From: Hemiscyllium ocellatum
Taxonomy: Eukaryota
Length of the DNA: 64,000 nt
Reading direction: 5' to 3'
NCBI RefSeq assembly: GCF_020745735.1
Contig: NC_083408.1
Coordinates: 124,001 to 188,000, forward strand
The position numbers and the translations under genes are program-made. Each line of letters opens with the position of its first letter. Positions within the stretch are counted from its first letter, which is position 1. Shown one piece after another: positions 13,731 to 26,786 of the stretch. The notes under the pieces are model-generated. The model saw nothing but the letters and a program-made list of their open reading frames with translations, searched no databases and had not been told where the DNA came from.

Positions 13731-16287
13731 TCCTAGCAACAGCTTCATGAGGCTTGGAGTCAATGCTTAAATGATGATATAACTGGAGGTATTGTGGAAT
13801 TTTGCTGCCATGTCTAAGATCTATATAATGAAAGTTATGCCTGCTTACATTGACTTTTTAAAACTTGCATTCTCCGTAGGCATCAGGAGATGAGCTTCCT
13901 CTGTGTCTTTCTGTCAAAACCTTCAACATCCAAATACTTAACTCTGGGACCTTAGCAAAACGTCTGGAAATTTAGTAAACGCTTTCATGAACAAGGATTT
14001 TCTTTCTACACGTACGCATTACTTGTAATCTACAAAGTATATGCTAGTACTGAAAGTATGTCAGACATCGTCCTGGACAAGTGAGCTTAAATAGAAGCAT
14101 CTCCTTTGTTTAATTGTGATGACAGTGAAGGTTCTTCAGACGAGTAATTTTTGTTAGCAATTAATCTGTCAATGAATCACTGAAGCTAGCTGTCTGGAAA
14201 CATCTCTAAGTTAATTAATTGTGAACCTTGAACCCCCATCCACCCATCAGAAAAGGACAGTAAAGCTTTTGTGATTGGAGACATTAATTTAACTGCTTGA
14301 CTGTCCCTCCATACATAACGCTCTGTACATCTGGGCTTTATTTTTCACCCAATTTCATCAGAAAAGCTCCTTTTTTTCTCTTTTCTAAAGTAGTCTGGAA
14401 GGCCGTAACCTACACACGGAAGCAATGGTAATGTCTTGACCCCCTGCCTAGAAGGCCCAGGTTCAAATTTGCTGCAGTGTCATATTATGTCTGAATAATG
14501 TCGCTAAAAGTAATTAAACTTGAAGTCTTCCATGAAGACAGACTTTGCAGTGTCTTGTGATATAGTGGTAGTGTCCCAACCATTGGATCCGAGATACAAG
14601 TCCCACCTGCTGCAGGAATGTCTCATATCGCATCTGAACATGTTAACGTTTATATTAAGTTATATGTCTACAGTACAGTCGAAACACTTCTTACAGCACT
14701 CATCAGTGAAATAATGTGAAATCAGTTTCGAGTGCCTTGCAGCATTCAGTCGTCTGTTGCTAAACGTGGATTTGAATGAACAAGTGATCCAAAGGACTCA
14801 CAAAGCATTATACCCTCTTATGGCTGTCAGAATGGTGATGGCAATCGTTGCATTGATTAATGTTCTGATCAAGAATTCATTATCAGCTCACAACTGTTCT
14901 AATATTCAAAATGGAATAAATTTGTATAGCTCAGTCTGTGGCTTGCATTCTAACTCTCCAGCATTTATTTTCGATTCTATTTTTCAGAAGGTGTTTTGGG
15001 CCTCCCCAGTTCCTGCAGGAATTATTTCCTGCCGGAATTATTTCCTGTTATGAAACCTTCCTGCAGGCACATGGGTGCGACAATTTAGGTCCTGCAACAC
15101 CTCTTGATAATATCCTGTGACAAACGGGTTTCTTTACAACAAGACAAAGCAGTCCTTCACTCTTCTCCTCTCAACAGCCCTGACCCCAAATGAAGGCACA
15201 AATCGAAATGAAGATCCACACCACTGGTTTGGGACAGAAGTGAATACAACATACCCACAAAAGCATAATGCAGTAACACAATATTTCACAATAAGGAAGC
15301 AATCTTGTTCCCGTCTAATACAAAGTTTAAAACATGCAGTGAGTGAGTTATGACAGTGATGAGGCATCAGTATTAAAGATAAACATTGGGGGTGACTGTC
15401 TTTGAGGATTTGTGTGGAGTTTGGAGCTACCCTAAAACAATGTTTGGAATGTCTACAATTCTGAACGTGGTGGATTGAATTATGTTATTTTAATGGAAGT
15501 CTATACATTGTCTGTAAGTCTGCATTGGGCATAGCAATCAAGGTTTCGAAGCAGAGTGCTGAATGAGAAGTCTTTTTGGACAACAGAAATGTTGGTAAAA
15601 TGAATGTCTGTTTATGACTTAAATATGCAGGGTTACCACAGTTCTGGAATAATTAGTTAAATGTTTTTTTAAATGCCAACAGTTCTGATTTCTCTTGTTA
15701 AGTGAGTTTTTAATTCATCAGTTTTCTGAACGTTAGGGAACTGTTTAACAGTTTATGCCACTCAAAAATGGTTTATTGGGGTTCCTGATCAAACCTTAGT
15801 CTGGGGGCACAGCAAATCCCCTCACTGCTAACCTTCAATTGACGTATCTCTGGCATTAGAGAGAAAAGCTACAACTGGGCAGGATGAGTTTTCCAAATGT
15901 GTAATGGTTATAAAATTGGAGAGGACCATAAAGAACCACAGGCAATTCAATTTTTCTCCAAAGTAGTAAGCTAATAATCTGGATTGCGTGACCCCAAATG
16001 ATTGTAGAAACCGATTCAGTTGTAACTTTCAAAAGGCAATTTGGGTTTCTCTTTTTGTCCACGTCAATAAATGCTTCATTAAAATAATTCTCTCAATAAG
16101 CTTTTGAGTTTGAAACAAAAGATGACCCGTATTTGCCTTGGATTTTTAAACATGACAGCTTACTCATGTATCTCACATTATCTTTCAACAGATAGACAGT
16201 GGATTAAAAAACAGCGCAGGCTATTACTTTCTCACTCACTTTTGTGTTTGGCTTGTAGTCATCTTAGATGGTGATGCTCTTGTAAAG

Positions 16288-16380
16288 TACTCCTGATGTG
16301 GGGCTTATGCCCGAAACATCGAATTTCCTGTTCCTTGGATGCTGCCTGACCTGCTGCGCTTTAACCAGCAACACATTTTC
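16288..16380 (+). mobile_element. Solo 3' terminus of family-1 Penelope-like element with 14-bp TSD
   Basis: TSD atgctcttgtaaag at 16274-16287 and 16381-16394; the insert equals the last ~90 bp of the 20.6-22.6 kb element. Confidence 0.8.
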
Positions 16381-16939
16381 ATGCTCTTGTAAAGGTCAAT
16401 TGAAAATCTTATCAAAACAAGGAATCTCATCAAACGGAAGTTTGTTCAATTTTCAGGACGGTGGTTCTCACGAACCTCTATGTTAGCTAAGGATAAGACA
16501 GTTATTTCTTGGATTTACTGTGGCTACGTTTCCCGATGTAGCTGTTCATTACTTTGGCTTCGTGGATCCCTGACTGGTTAATTGGCTTTTGATGGATTTC
16601 TCTCTCTGCAACACCATTTTAGTTTGCTTTCAATTTTGTGATTATTGATCAATTGCACTTTAACAGGCAGAGCGTTCAAAAAAATAATAGTCTCAATTCT
16701 ACAGAAAAGAAAGCAGTGGTAAAAAAGTAACTTTGACTTGTCATGTGCCTAAATTGTATTTTTAATTTGGAATCCAACATGAGAGAAATTGCTGGAGAGC
16801 CAGAATGTCCTGCACAATAATGTAGAGACTTTTTCATGAAGTCATGCCCCAAAACCAGCTGGCAAACAGCACTCCAAACTATCACAACCAATCTGCAATG
16901 TTGGTCTTTAAATTTCTCCAAAAAACTTTAATGGATTAT

Positions 16940-18360
16940 GATTAATATGTATGGTAGTCTCAGACACATTACTGGTAAATGTTGTAACTCCAATACCAAA
17001 TTCAAGGTCTCTTTCTCAACTGTTGAATATTTCTGTTGATGGACGATTAGTTTCCTCAGAAACATTTGCGAGGTCTTTTTATTTTCTCGTTGTTTTCTGG
17101 TAAGAGTACAGCACTGACACTTTTATCACTTGCATCGGTAAAGATTTTGAATAGCTTTGGGTTATTAGATGTCGCTAATATTGGGGATGTGGTTAACATA
17201 ACTTTCAGGCTGTCAAATGCCTTCTGACAGTTTTGCATCCACTGAAACTTCCTGCATTTCTACTATAATACAGTGAGTGAAGCAGCCATACTGCTAAGAT
17301 TCTGTACGACTTTCTGATAAAAGCCCACTAGTAGTACTACCAAATACAGAACAACCTCAGTTATTCCAACATCAATTATCCAAATTTCAGATTATCTGAA
17401 CAAGATCTCAAGGTCCTGTATGGCTTCCTTTGTTTGCAATCAGGTCAGTTATCCGAGAAATCAGTTGTCTGAACAATCAGTTTTTCCCCACCCGTCTCAT
17501 TTGGATAATCAAATCTTTTGGTCGATGGGGCCATCTGTCCTTGTCTAATAACGTGGTCCAGGAAGGTGATTTGTGATTTCTCGAATTCGCTGTCAGCCAG
17601 GTTTATCACCAAGCTTGCCTCCCAAAGTTGAATGAATACTTTTGAGAAATTCTGCAAATTTTCCTTCCATGTGTGACTAAAAATTAGGTCATCAATGTGT
17701 GTCATGCAATTTGGTAAAGAAGAAATTACTTCATTGGTCGCACTTTGAAATGTAACTGGCACATTCTTCATCCCACATGACATGACTACAAATCGGTACA
17801 ATGCATTTTGGTGCTACGAAAGCCGAAATTGTCGTTGCCTTTTTGAATAAAAGTAACTGTCAGTATTCTTTAAGTAAGTCAAACCGAGAAATATAAGTTG
17901 GTTGTCCCATCTTCTCAATATGGTCTTCTAAACTTGATTTAGGTCATGTATCAGATTTAATAACTGCATGGATATTGCGTCAGTCCACATGTAATCGTTG
18001 GATACTATCTAGCTTTGGAACCACTGATGTAGGTGAGCCCTATTCACTCCGACTGATTTTGATTATATTGTCTTTCAGCATGTGATCAGTCGCTTCCTGA
18101 ACCTGTGATAATCTTCAAAGGTTAGGTCTATAGGATCTTGCTTGATTGAAACAGCATTTCCTCAATCAATATTATGTGTAGTGAGATTAGTAATTCCCCG
18201 GTTATACTAACACTTTCGGGTCATTTCAATTTTCATCTGGAAGGTAACTCATCAGTTTATCGCAGTTTTACAGAGCTTCCTCATTGGTCAATTCACAATC
18301 ATCTGGAATTGTTTCGTCACTCTGTGTTGTAACCAGTAACACATTATCTTTTGTTTTCCT
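16940..18360 (-). mobile_element. Ty3/Gypsy LTR retrotransposon pol remnant (RT-RNase H)
   Basis: ORF 17445..17801 (YRFVVMSCGMKNVPVTFQ...HIDDLIFS) and ORF 17056..17238 (CQKAFDSLK...FTDASDKSVSAVL). Confidence 0.85.
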
Positions 18361-19290
18361 ATCGAAATAGCTTTTGAACAAAACACATCTCTTCAAGCCA
18401 CAGAAGTATATGGAGCAGTAAGCCATTCACCCCCTTACATACGCGCTGCTGTTTAAAATGATGATGGCTGATTATCCAACTGATTACCCTGTTCTATCAT
18501 TCTTTCTGTAAGGTTTGATCCCTTCAGACCAAAAAAAATGTTTTGGAATCAATCAATTTCTATGACAGTGAATTCCAAAGATTTACAACTGTCAGGGGGA
18601 GGAAAGGTTTCATCATCTCAGTCCAAAATGCCCGAGCCAGTATCCATAGACCGTCAGTCCTGGTTCTGGATTCCCCAGCCGAGGAGAACATCCTTCCTGG
18701 TAATCTAATTCTAGACATAAACATTAGCTTGTACTGTATCTTGTGATCTTAGTCTCCGTCATGCATGGGGAGGGTTGTTCTCAGTGTTGCCACACTTTGA
18801 CAGTGTAAATTGACCTATTACTGACAGCTAGCTGGAAGCAAGTTAACCATTTGTTGATAAGGAAGAGATGGGATTGAGTGTTCACTGCCCATATTCAAAA
18901 GGGAAGAATGATCCATTGAGGAGAGATATTAGACGCCTTGTTGTCGCTTTAACGATGGACACTGATAGAAATGACTGACTCCTGTAGAATACACAGCGAA
19001 TCAACAAAGTTGACCCAAAGCGCTGATTCCTAATTACATGTGTTGCACTTTCCAAATGACAACAGCCTATTGGTTGAAGAAGTTTTCCTCTTTATAAAAT
19101 TAAACTGTTCAGCGATGTATGACACACCTCTGGAGTAGGTGGGACAGGAATTTAAGCCTACTAAGTCTAATCTAGGAACTTAAACCAATTGATCTAGATT
19201 AGGGGGACTATCATTCTACCATAAGAGGCCTGTTTTGCATCTCTATCAGAATCAATGAAATTGCCCTTAATTGTTTCTTAATCCCTGGGG

Positions 19291-19590
19291 ATTAGATTAC
19301 TTACAGCGTGGAAACAGGCCCTTCGGCCCAACAAGTCCACACTGGCCCGCCAAAGTGCAACCCATCCAGACCCATCCCCCTACATTTACTCTTTCATCTA
19401 ACACTACAGACAATTTAGCATGGCCAATTCAACTAACCTGCACATTTTTGGATTGTGGGAGGAAACCGGAGCACCAGCTGGAAACCCATGCAGACACCAG
19501 GAGAATGTGCAAGCTACATGCAGAGAGTCGCATGACGCGGGAATTGAACCTGGGTCTCTGGCGCTGCGAAGCAACAATGCTAACCACTGT
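19291..19590 (-). mobile_element. HE1/V-SINE-like
   Basis: Same head, core and tail as the other copies. Confidence 0.88.
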
Positions 19591-19619
19591 AAATAATTAG
19601 TCACTTGTCAGAATGTTGT

Positions 19620-20000
19620 GTGTTGCTCAGGTGTCACTGAGTAGTATGCTGATCTTTGAGTCGGAAGGTTCAAGATCTACCCTCGAGGTTAGAATAGACT
19701 ATTTGATACTGCTGTAGCAGTGCAGTCCTCATGATCCTGCGCATCAGGTGTGTATGAGGTATTAAACCAAAGCCACTCTACCTTCTAAAGAGACCATTAT
19801 TATTTTGAATTAAAGTGAGGAGATTATACCTAGTGTCCCAGACAATATTTATCGCTCAAACCCGTTGACCAGGTGATCTGGTCATCATCTCCTTCCTGCT
19901 TTACTCATGGTACACAAATTAGATGTAATGTTTCTGACATGTGACTTCATGATCAAAAGTAATTCGTTCGTTGTGTACAACGTCTCTGATTGAAAATTGG
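19620..20000 (+). mobile_element. Old DeuSINE-like (SacSINE1-like) remnant
   Basis: gtgtcccagacaatatttatcgctcaaacc...gatctggtcatcatc resembles the Deu domain as I recall it; highly decayed. Confidence 0.45.
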
Positions 20001-20646
20001 CTTTGTCTGAACCTGCATGTATTATTGGTCAACTTTGTTGCTCGTTTTTCACTCTCTTCACTCTGTGCTGTAAGAAAACATTCCTTTCTAACTTCGACCA
20101 AAGGAGAATGAGACAAAGCAAAGTGTTGTAATATTTCACTTTATACTAACATTTGAATCAAACTAAAATGCTATTCAAAGCAAATATAAAATGAATTGAA
20201 CCAGTTTTAAAGATTAAATCACATTATATTTTTCACCAAAAGAGTGTATTGAAATATTTCAACAGTTGTCATTGTAACAAGTACCAGCAAACAGTCGAGT
20301 CTATTGCAATCTATTTTATCTTGCCTGGAGGATAGGCAAAGGAAAAGAACAATGCATTATGGGCTCCTTCGATTAGAGAACGAGGAGAGGAGTACGGTGG
20401 GGATCAGTGACTAATGGCAGGAAAATTATTCTCCAGTTTAGAATAGATGTGTAGTGCAGTATATTAAATGATAGAATGAGAGATGCTGAAGTGGGACATT
20501 GTCAGCTGAATGTTTTATAAGCTTGTTAAAATCGGGTCAGTCAGGATCTTATTGAATGGTGGAACAGCTTGAAGGGCCAAGAGACCTATTCTCGTTCATT
20601 GTTCATACCTCGAAACAATTTTGTTAGTTACTCGAATGTAGATATT

Positions 20647-22655
20647 CTCTTATCGCCCCCTTGACCATGACCCCACCTCCCACCAACAAACCATCATCTT
20701 CCACACCATCAATAACCTCATCACCTCAGGGGATCTCCCATCCACCGCCTCCAACCTCATAGTCCCACAACCCCGCACCGCCCATTTCTACCTCCTGCCC
20801 AAAATCCACAAACCTGACTGCCACGGCCTACCCATTGTCTCAACCTGCTCCTGCCCCACCGAACTCATCTCCGCGTACCTCGACACGGTTCTGTCCCCTT
20901 TCGTCCAAGAACTCCCCACCTACGTTCGGGACACCACCCACGCCCTCCACCTCTTCCATGATTTTCGCTTCCCCGGTCCCCAACGCCTTATCTTCACGAT
21001 GGACATCCAGTCCCTGTACACCTCCATCCCCCATCACGAAGGACTCAAAGCCCTCCGCTTCTTCCTTTCCCGCCGCACCAACCAGTACACTTCCACTGAC
21101 ACCCTCCTTCGATTGATTGAACTGGTCCTCACCCTGAATAACTTCTCTTTTCAATCCTCCCACTTCCTCCGAACTAAAGGAGTTGCCATGGGCACCCGCA
21201 TGGGCCCCAGCTATGCCTGTCTCTTCGTAGGACATGTGGAACAGTCCATCTTCCGCAACTACACTGGCACCACCCCCCACCTTTTCCTCTGCGACATCGA
21301 TGACTGTATCGGCGCTGCCTCCTGCTCCCACGAGGAGGTTGAACAGTTCATCAACTTTACAAACACCTTCCATTCCGATCACAAATTCACCTGGATTGTC
21401 TCAGACTCCTCCCTCCCCTTCCTAGACCTTTCCATTTCTATCTCGGGCGATCGACTCAACACAGACATCTACTATAAACCGACTGACTCCCACAGCTATC
21501 TGGACTACACCTCCTCCCACCCTGCCCCCTGTAAAAACGCCATCCCATATTCCCAATTCCTTCGTCTCCGCCGCATCTGCTCCCAGGAGGACCAGTTCCA
21601 ATACCGTACAGCCCAGATGGCCTCCTGCTTCAAGGACCGCAGATTCCTCCCAGACGTGATCGACGATGCCCTCCACCGCATCTCCTCCACTTCCCACTCC
21701 TCCGCCCTCGAGCCCCGCTCCTCCAACCGCCACCAAGACAGAACACCACTGGTTCTCACCTACCACCCCACCAACCTCCGTATACAGCGTATCATCCGCC
21801 GTCATTTCCGCCACCTCCAAACGGACCCCACCACCAGGGATATATTTCCCTCCCCCCTTATCAGCGTTCCGCAAAGACCACTCCCTTCGTGACTCCCTCG
21901 TCAGGTCCACACCCCACCAACCCAACCTCCACTCCCGGCACCTTCCCCTGGAACTGCAGAAAATGTAAAACCTGTGCCCACACCTCCTCCCTCACTTCCC
22001 TCCAAGGCCCCAAGGGATCCTTCCATATCCACCACAAGTTCACCTGCACCTCCACACAAATCATCTATTGCATCCGCTGCACCCGATGTGGCCTCCTCTA
22101 CATTGGGGAGATGGGCCGCCAACTTGCGGAACGCTTCAGAGAACACCTCTGGGACGCCCAGACCAACCAACCCAACCACCCCGTGGCTCAACACTTTAAC
22201 TCTCCCTCCCACTCCACCGAGGGCATGCAGGTCCTTGGACTCCTCCACCGGCAGAACATAACAACACGACGGCTGGAGGAGGAGCGCCTCATCTTCCGCC
22301 CGGGAACCCTCCAACCACAAAGAATGAACTCAGATTTCTCCAGTTTCCTCATTTCCCCTCCCGCCACCTTGTCTCAGTCGGTTCCCTCAACTCAGCACCG
22401 CCTTCCTAACCTGCAATCTTCTTCCTGACCTCTCCGCCCGCAACCCACTCAGGCCTATCACCCTCACTTTGACCTCCTTCCACCTATCACATCTCCATCG
22501 CCCCTACCCCAAGTCCCTCCTCCCTACCTTTTATCTTAGCCTGCCTGGCACACTCTCCTCATTCCTGATGAAGGGCTCTGGCCCGAAACGTCGAATTTCC
22601 AGTTCCTTGGATGCTGCCTAACCTGCTGTGCTTTAACCAGCAACACATTTTCAGT
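20647..22655 (+). mobile_element. Penelope-like retroelement (family 1): RT plus GIY-YIG endonuclease, 5'-truncated, 10-bp TSD
   Basis: RT motifs DIQSLYTSI, GVAMGTRMGP and CDIDD (degenerate YIDD); GIY-YIG IYCIRCTRCGLLYIGEMGRQLAERFREH; TSD tgtagatatt at 20637-20646 and 22656-22665. Confidence 0.92.
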
Positions 22656-23454
22656 TGTAGATATTGAACACATGTTTTAAACTGTTATACGTGCACATGC
22701 TGATATTTCTGTCTTTGATTCCATGGGTATGATAGTATGTAGTTGCCAGTGGCCCCAGGGGTTCTGCACTTGTTTCAGAGATCTGAAATTAGATGTTTCG
22801 GATACTCTGAGATTGCATTAGGATGTTATACAAATGCACAACCTTTCTACTTGCCTTCCTGCTAGGGGAAAGGGTGTTTTGCTCTTCATCAAACTTGTGC
22901 ATCGTTCGTTTTCAATCTGCTTTTCTTTGTTGCATTATTGTATGGAGTTTATTCTCTTAAGTCAATAGCCTGGGCTTTGCCTAAAGTTTAAGAGGGTTTT
23001 TTTTACTGACATTGGTGAGTTTTTGTATCCCATGAGAGAGATTTATTGCAGTCAGTAATGAAAAATATGGCAGATCAAATATAATGTTGTTAATTGTTAT
23101 TATATCTTTTAAAAGGGATAACTATATGTTGTTCTAGGAACCTCCGGATTTAAACGCTTTTTCAGTGGAGGCACTGCTGATTTACCCAACGTGCTATTCT
23201 GATGAATTCACTGATACTGCAACCTCTATAATCTGTGTCAATGATGAAATACAAACTGACTGGAACTACAACGTATCAGAAAACCAAGGGAACAGCGCGC
23301 AATTGGGGCTGGAGCGCGGAATACAGAGGCACTGCAAATCCAAACACCAATTGACACAGCTTAACGAGATGAATTATGGTGTGGTTCTGCAGTATTGGGT
23401 ACCAATGCTTCTCTGTTACACGTTTGTGGTTTGTGAAAAAAATAATATCATAGA

Positions 23455-24465
23455 GTTATAGAGATGAGCAGCATGGTCCAACCTGTCCATGCCGACCAGA
23501 TATCCCTACCCAATCTCGTTCCCAACTGCCAGCACCCGGCCCATATCCTTCCAAACCCTTACTATTCATATACCCATCGAAATGCCCCTTACATTTTGCA
23601 GTTGTACCAGCCTCCACAATATTCTCTGGCGACTCATTCCATAGACGTACCACTCTCTGCGTGAAAACGTTGCCCCTTAGGCCTCTTTTTTGTCTTTCCC
23701 CTCTCAGCCTAAGCCTATGCCTCACAGCGCCATGAGACCCGCGTTCAATTCCCGCCTCAGGCGACTCTCTGTGTGGAGTTTGTACATTCTCCCTGTGTCT
23801 GCGTGGGTTTTCTCTGCGTGCTTCGGTTTCCTCCCAGAATCCAAAAATGTGCAGATTAGGTGAATTGGCCATGCTAAATTGCCCGTAGTGTTAGGTGCAG
23901 GGTAAATGCAGGAGTATGAGTCTGCTTTATATACGCTTCGGCGGGTTGGGGTGGACTTGTTGGGCCGAGGGATCTGTAAATCATCTTATCTAATCTATGC
24001 CCTCTAGTTCTGGACTTCCTGATCCCAGGGAAAAGACTTTATCTGTTTAGTCCTCTTCATGCCCCTCATAATTTTGTACATCTCTATAAGATCATCCCTC
24101 AGCCTCCGACACTCCAGGGAAAACAGCTGCAGCCTGTTCAGCCTTTCCCTACAGCTCAAATTCTCCAACTCTGGCAATACCCTTGTAAATCATTTCTGAA
24201 CCTTTTCAAGTTTCACAACATCTTTGCGATAGGAAGGAGACCAGAATTGCACGCAAAATTCCAACAGTGGCCTACCAATGTCCTGCACAGCCGCAACATG
24301 ACCTCCCAACTTTTGTATTCAATACGCTGACCAATAAAGGAAACCATACCAAACGCCTTATTCACGATCCTGTCTATCTGTGACTCCACTTTCAAGGAGA
24401 TATGAACCTGTACTCCATGGTCTCTTTGCTCAGCAACACTCCCTAGGAACTTACAATTAAGTGTA
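23455..24465 (-). mobile_element. CR1 LINE 3' fragment interrupted by a SINE
   Basis: ORF pieces RGNVFTQRVVRLWN and IEYKSWEVMLRL; (ctctatga)-type tail near 23455. Confidence 0.82.
23722..23995 (+). mobile_element. HE1/V-SINE-like nested in CR1
   Basis: SINE core and (taatc)n tail, flanked by a ctatgcc duplication. Confidence 0.82.
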
Positions 24466-24469
24466 TACA

Positions 24470-25562
24470 CTGAAACATGTGTTGCTGGAAAAGCGCAGCA
24501 GGTCAGACAGCATCCAAGGAACAGGAGAATCGACGTTTCGGGCATAAGCCCTTCTTCAGGACTGAGTAAGGTGTGCCAACCAGGATAAAATAAAAGGTAG
24601 CGAGGAGGGATTTGGGGGAGGGGCGTTGGGAATGCGATAGGTGGAAGGAGGTTAAGGTGAGGGTGATAGGCCGAAGAGGGTGCGGGGCGGCGAGGTCGGG
24701 AAGAAGATTGCAGGTCAATAAGGCTGTTCTGAGTCCGAAGGTTGGGACTGAGACAAGGTATGGGAAGGGGAAATGAGGAAGCTGGAGAAATCTGCGTTCA
24801 TCCCTTGTGGTCGGAGGGTTCTTAGGAGGAAGATGAGGCGCTCTTCCTCCAGGGGTCGTGTTGCTATGGTCTGCCGATGGAGGAGGCCAAGGACCCGCAT
24901 GTCCTTGGCAGAGTGGTGGGGGGGGGGGAGTTAAAGTGTTCAGCCACGAGGAAGTTGGGTTGGTTGGTGCGGGTGTCCCAGAGGTGTTATATGAAACGTT
25001 CTGTAAGTAGGCAGCCTGTCTCCCCAATGTAGAGGAGGCCACATCGGGTGCAGCGGACGCGGTAAATGATTTGTGTGGAGGTGTAGGTGAATTTGTGACG
25101 GATATGGGAGGATCTCTTGGGGCCATGAAGGGAAGTGAGGTTGGGTTGGTGGGAGGTGTGGACCTGACGAGGGAGTTGCGGAGGGAGTGGTCTTTCCGGA
25201 ATGCTGATAGGGGAGGGGAGGGAAATATATCCTTGGTGGTGGGGTCTGTTTGGAGGTGTCGGAAATGACGAAGAATGATACGATGTATCTGGAGGTTGGT
25301 GGTGTGGTAGATGTGGACCAGTGGGGTTCTGTCCTAGTGGCGATTGGAGGGGCGGGGTTCAAGGGTGGAGGAGTAGGAAGTATAGAAGATGCGTGGTTGA
25401 CGATGTTGTCCACCCCGGCACCTTCCACTGCAACCGCAAGAAATGCAAAACTTGTGCCGACACCTCCCCTTCACCTCCCTCCAAGGCCCCAAGGGATCAT
25501 TCCATATCCATTGCAAATTCATCTGCACCTCCACACACATCATTTACTGCATCTGCTGCACC
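24470..25562 (-). mobile_element. Family-1 Penelope-like element with an inverted internal segment (25405-25562)
   Basis: Minus-strand 3' end and GIY-YIG (PLEEERLIF), followed by a plus-strand CNRKKCKTCADT piece. Confidence 0.8.
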
Positions 25563-25989
25563 CAATTTACAAAACTAAGATATCTTGTGAAATCAGGAGA
25601 TGTGCACAATGCAAATAAAAATCCCGTTTAACGCTGGCCTGGACAAGACTGGTAAACTTAAATTTGTGCTTTTAGAGAAAAGACTGAGATTTTAACTGGC
25701 TCATTAGCATCAAATGTATTGAATTTAAACTTGGGTCTATCTCTAAATTCTTCCAGGCCTTGATCCACGTTGTCTCTTGTACCCCATATTAACACACTCT
25801 GTTCTCTGATTGCTTTATATCTTTTTGCCCAAAAGTATGGTCAAGCCCCCTTAATTAGCTGTATTCTACTGATAAACTTTCTCAGATGCTCTCTGATACT
25901 CATTCTGTCTTTGAAAGCTTGCTGAAAAGCGTGTTTCATGTTTATGGTCATTGGTCCTAACTCTCCTGATACATACCAAAAACCTTCTC

Positions 25990-26786
25990 CTGTTTGGCAT
26001 TCGGTGCATCCTTTTCCAGTTTGGAAGGTCGAACTCCAATGTTGCATATAGAACTAAAGACAGGATTCTTCGCAGTCCGGAGGAACAGAGAGATCTGTGT
26101 GTGCAAGTATATAGATCCCTCAAAGTTGCCACCCATTTGGATAGGGTTGTTAAGACAGCATATTATGTTTAGGCTTTCATTAACAGGGGCATCGAGTTTC
26201 AGAGCCGTGAGGTTTTACTACAGCTCTACAAGTCCCTGGTGAGACCACACTTGGAATATTGTGTCCAGTTCTGGTCACCCTACTATCGGAAAAATACATA
26301 GGCTTTGGAGAAGGTGCAAATAAGGTTTATGAGGATGTTGCCTGGAATGGAGGGCTTGCCTCACAAAGAGAGGTTAAATAAGCTCAGACTTTTCTCTCTG
26401 GAGAGAAGGAGGAAGAGAGGAGACCTGATCGATGTACACAAGATAACGAGAGGAATTGATAAAGTCAATACTCAGAGACTTTTCCCCAGAGCACGATTGA
26501 CTTGTACGAGGTGTCATTGTTTTAAGATATTAGGAGACAGGAATAGAGAAGAGGTCAGAGGTAGGTTCTTTACACAGAGAGTTGTGAATGCATGGAATGC
26601 ATTGCCAGACATGATGGTGGAAGCAGAGTCATTCGGGACATTTAAGTGACTGCTGGACATGCACATGGACAGCAATGAGTTAAGGGGTGTGTAGGTTGTT
26701 ATTATATTTTACATTCGGATTAAACCTCGGCACACCACCGTGGGCCTAAGGGCCTGTTCTATGTTGTACTTTTCTATGGTCTATGT
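25990..26786 (+). mobile_element. CR1 LINE 3' fragment
   Basis: ORF 26305..26649 (RFMRMLPGMEGL...RGRFFTQRVVNAWN); ttctatg-type tail. Confidence 0.88.

Noticed and set aside
14995-15070. Short cctgc-ggaattattt tandem/palindrome
   Set aside because: Only 2-3 units of about 16 bp; consistent with local slippage.
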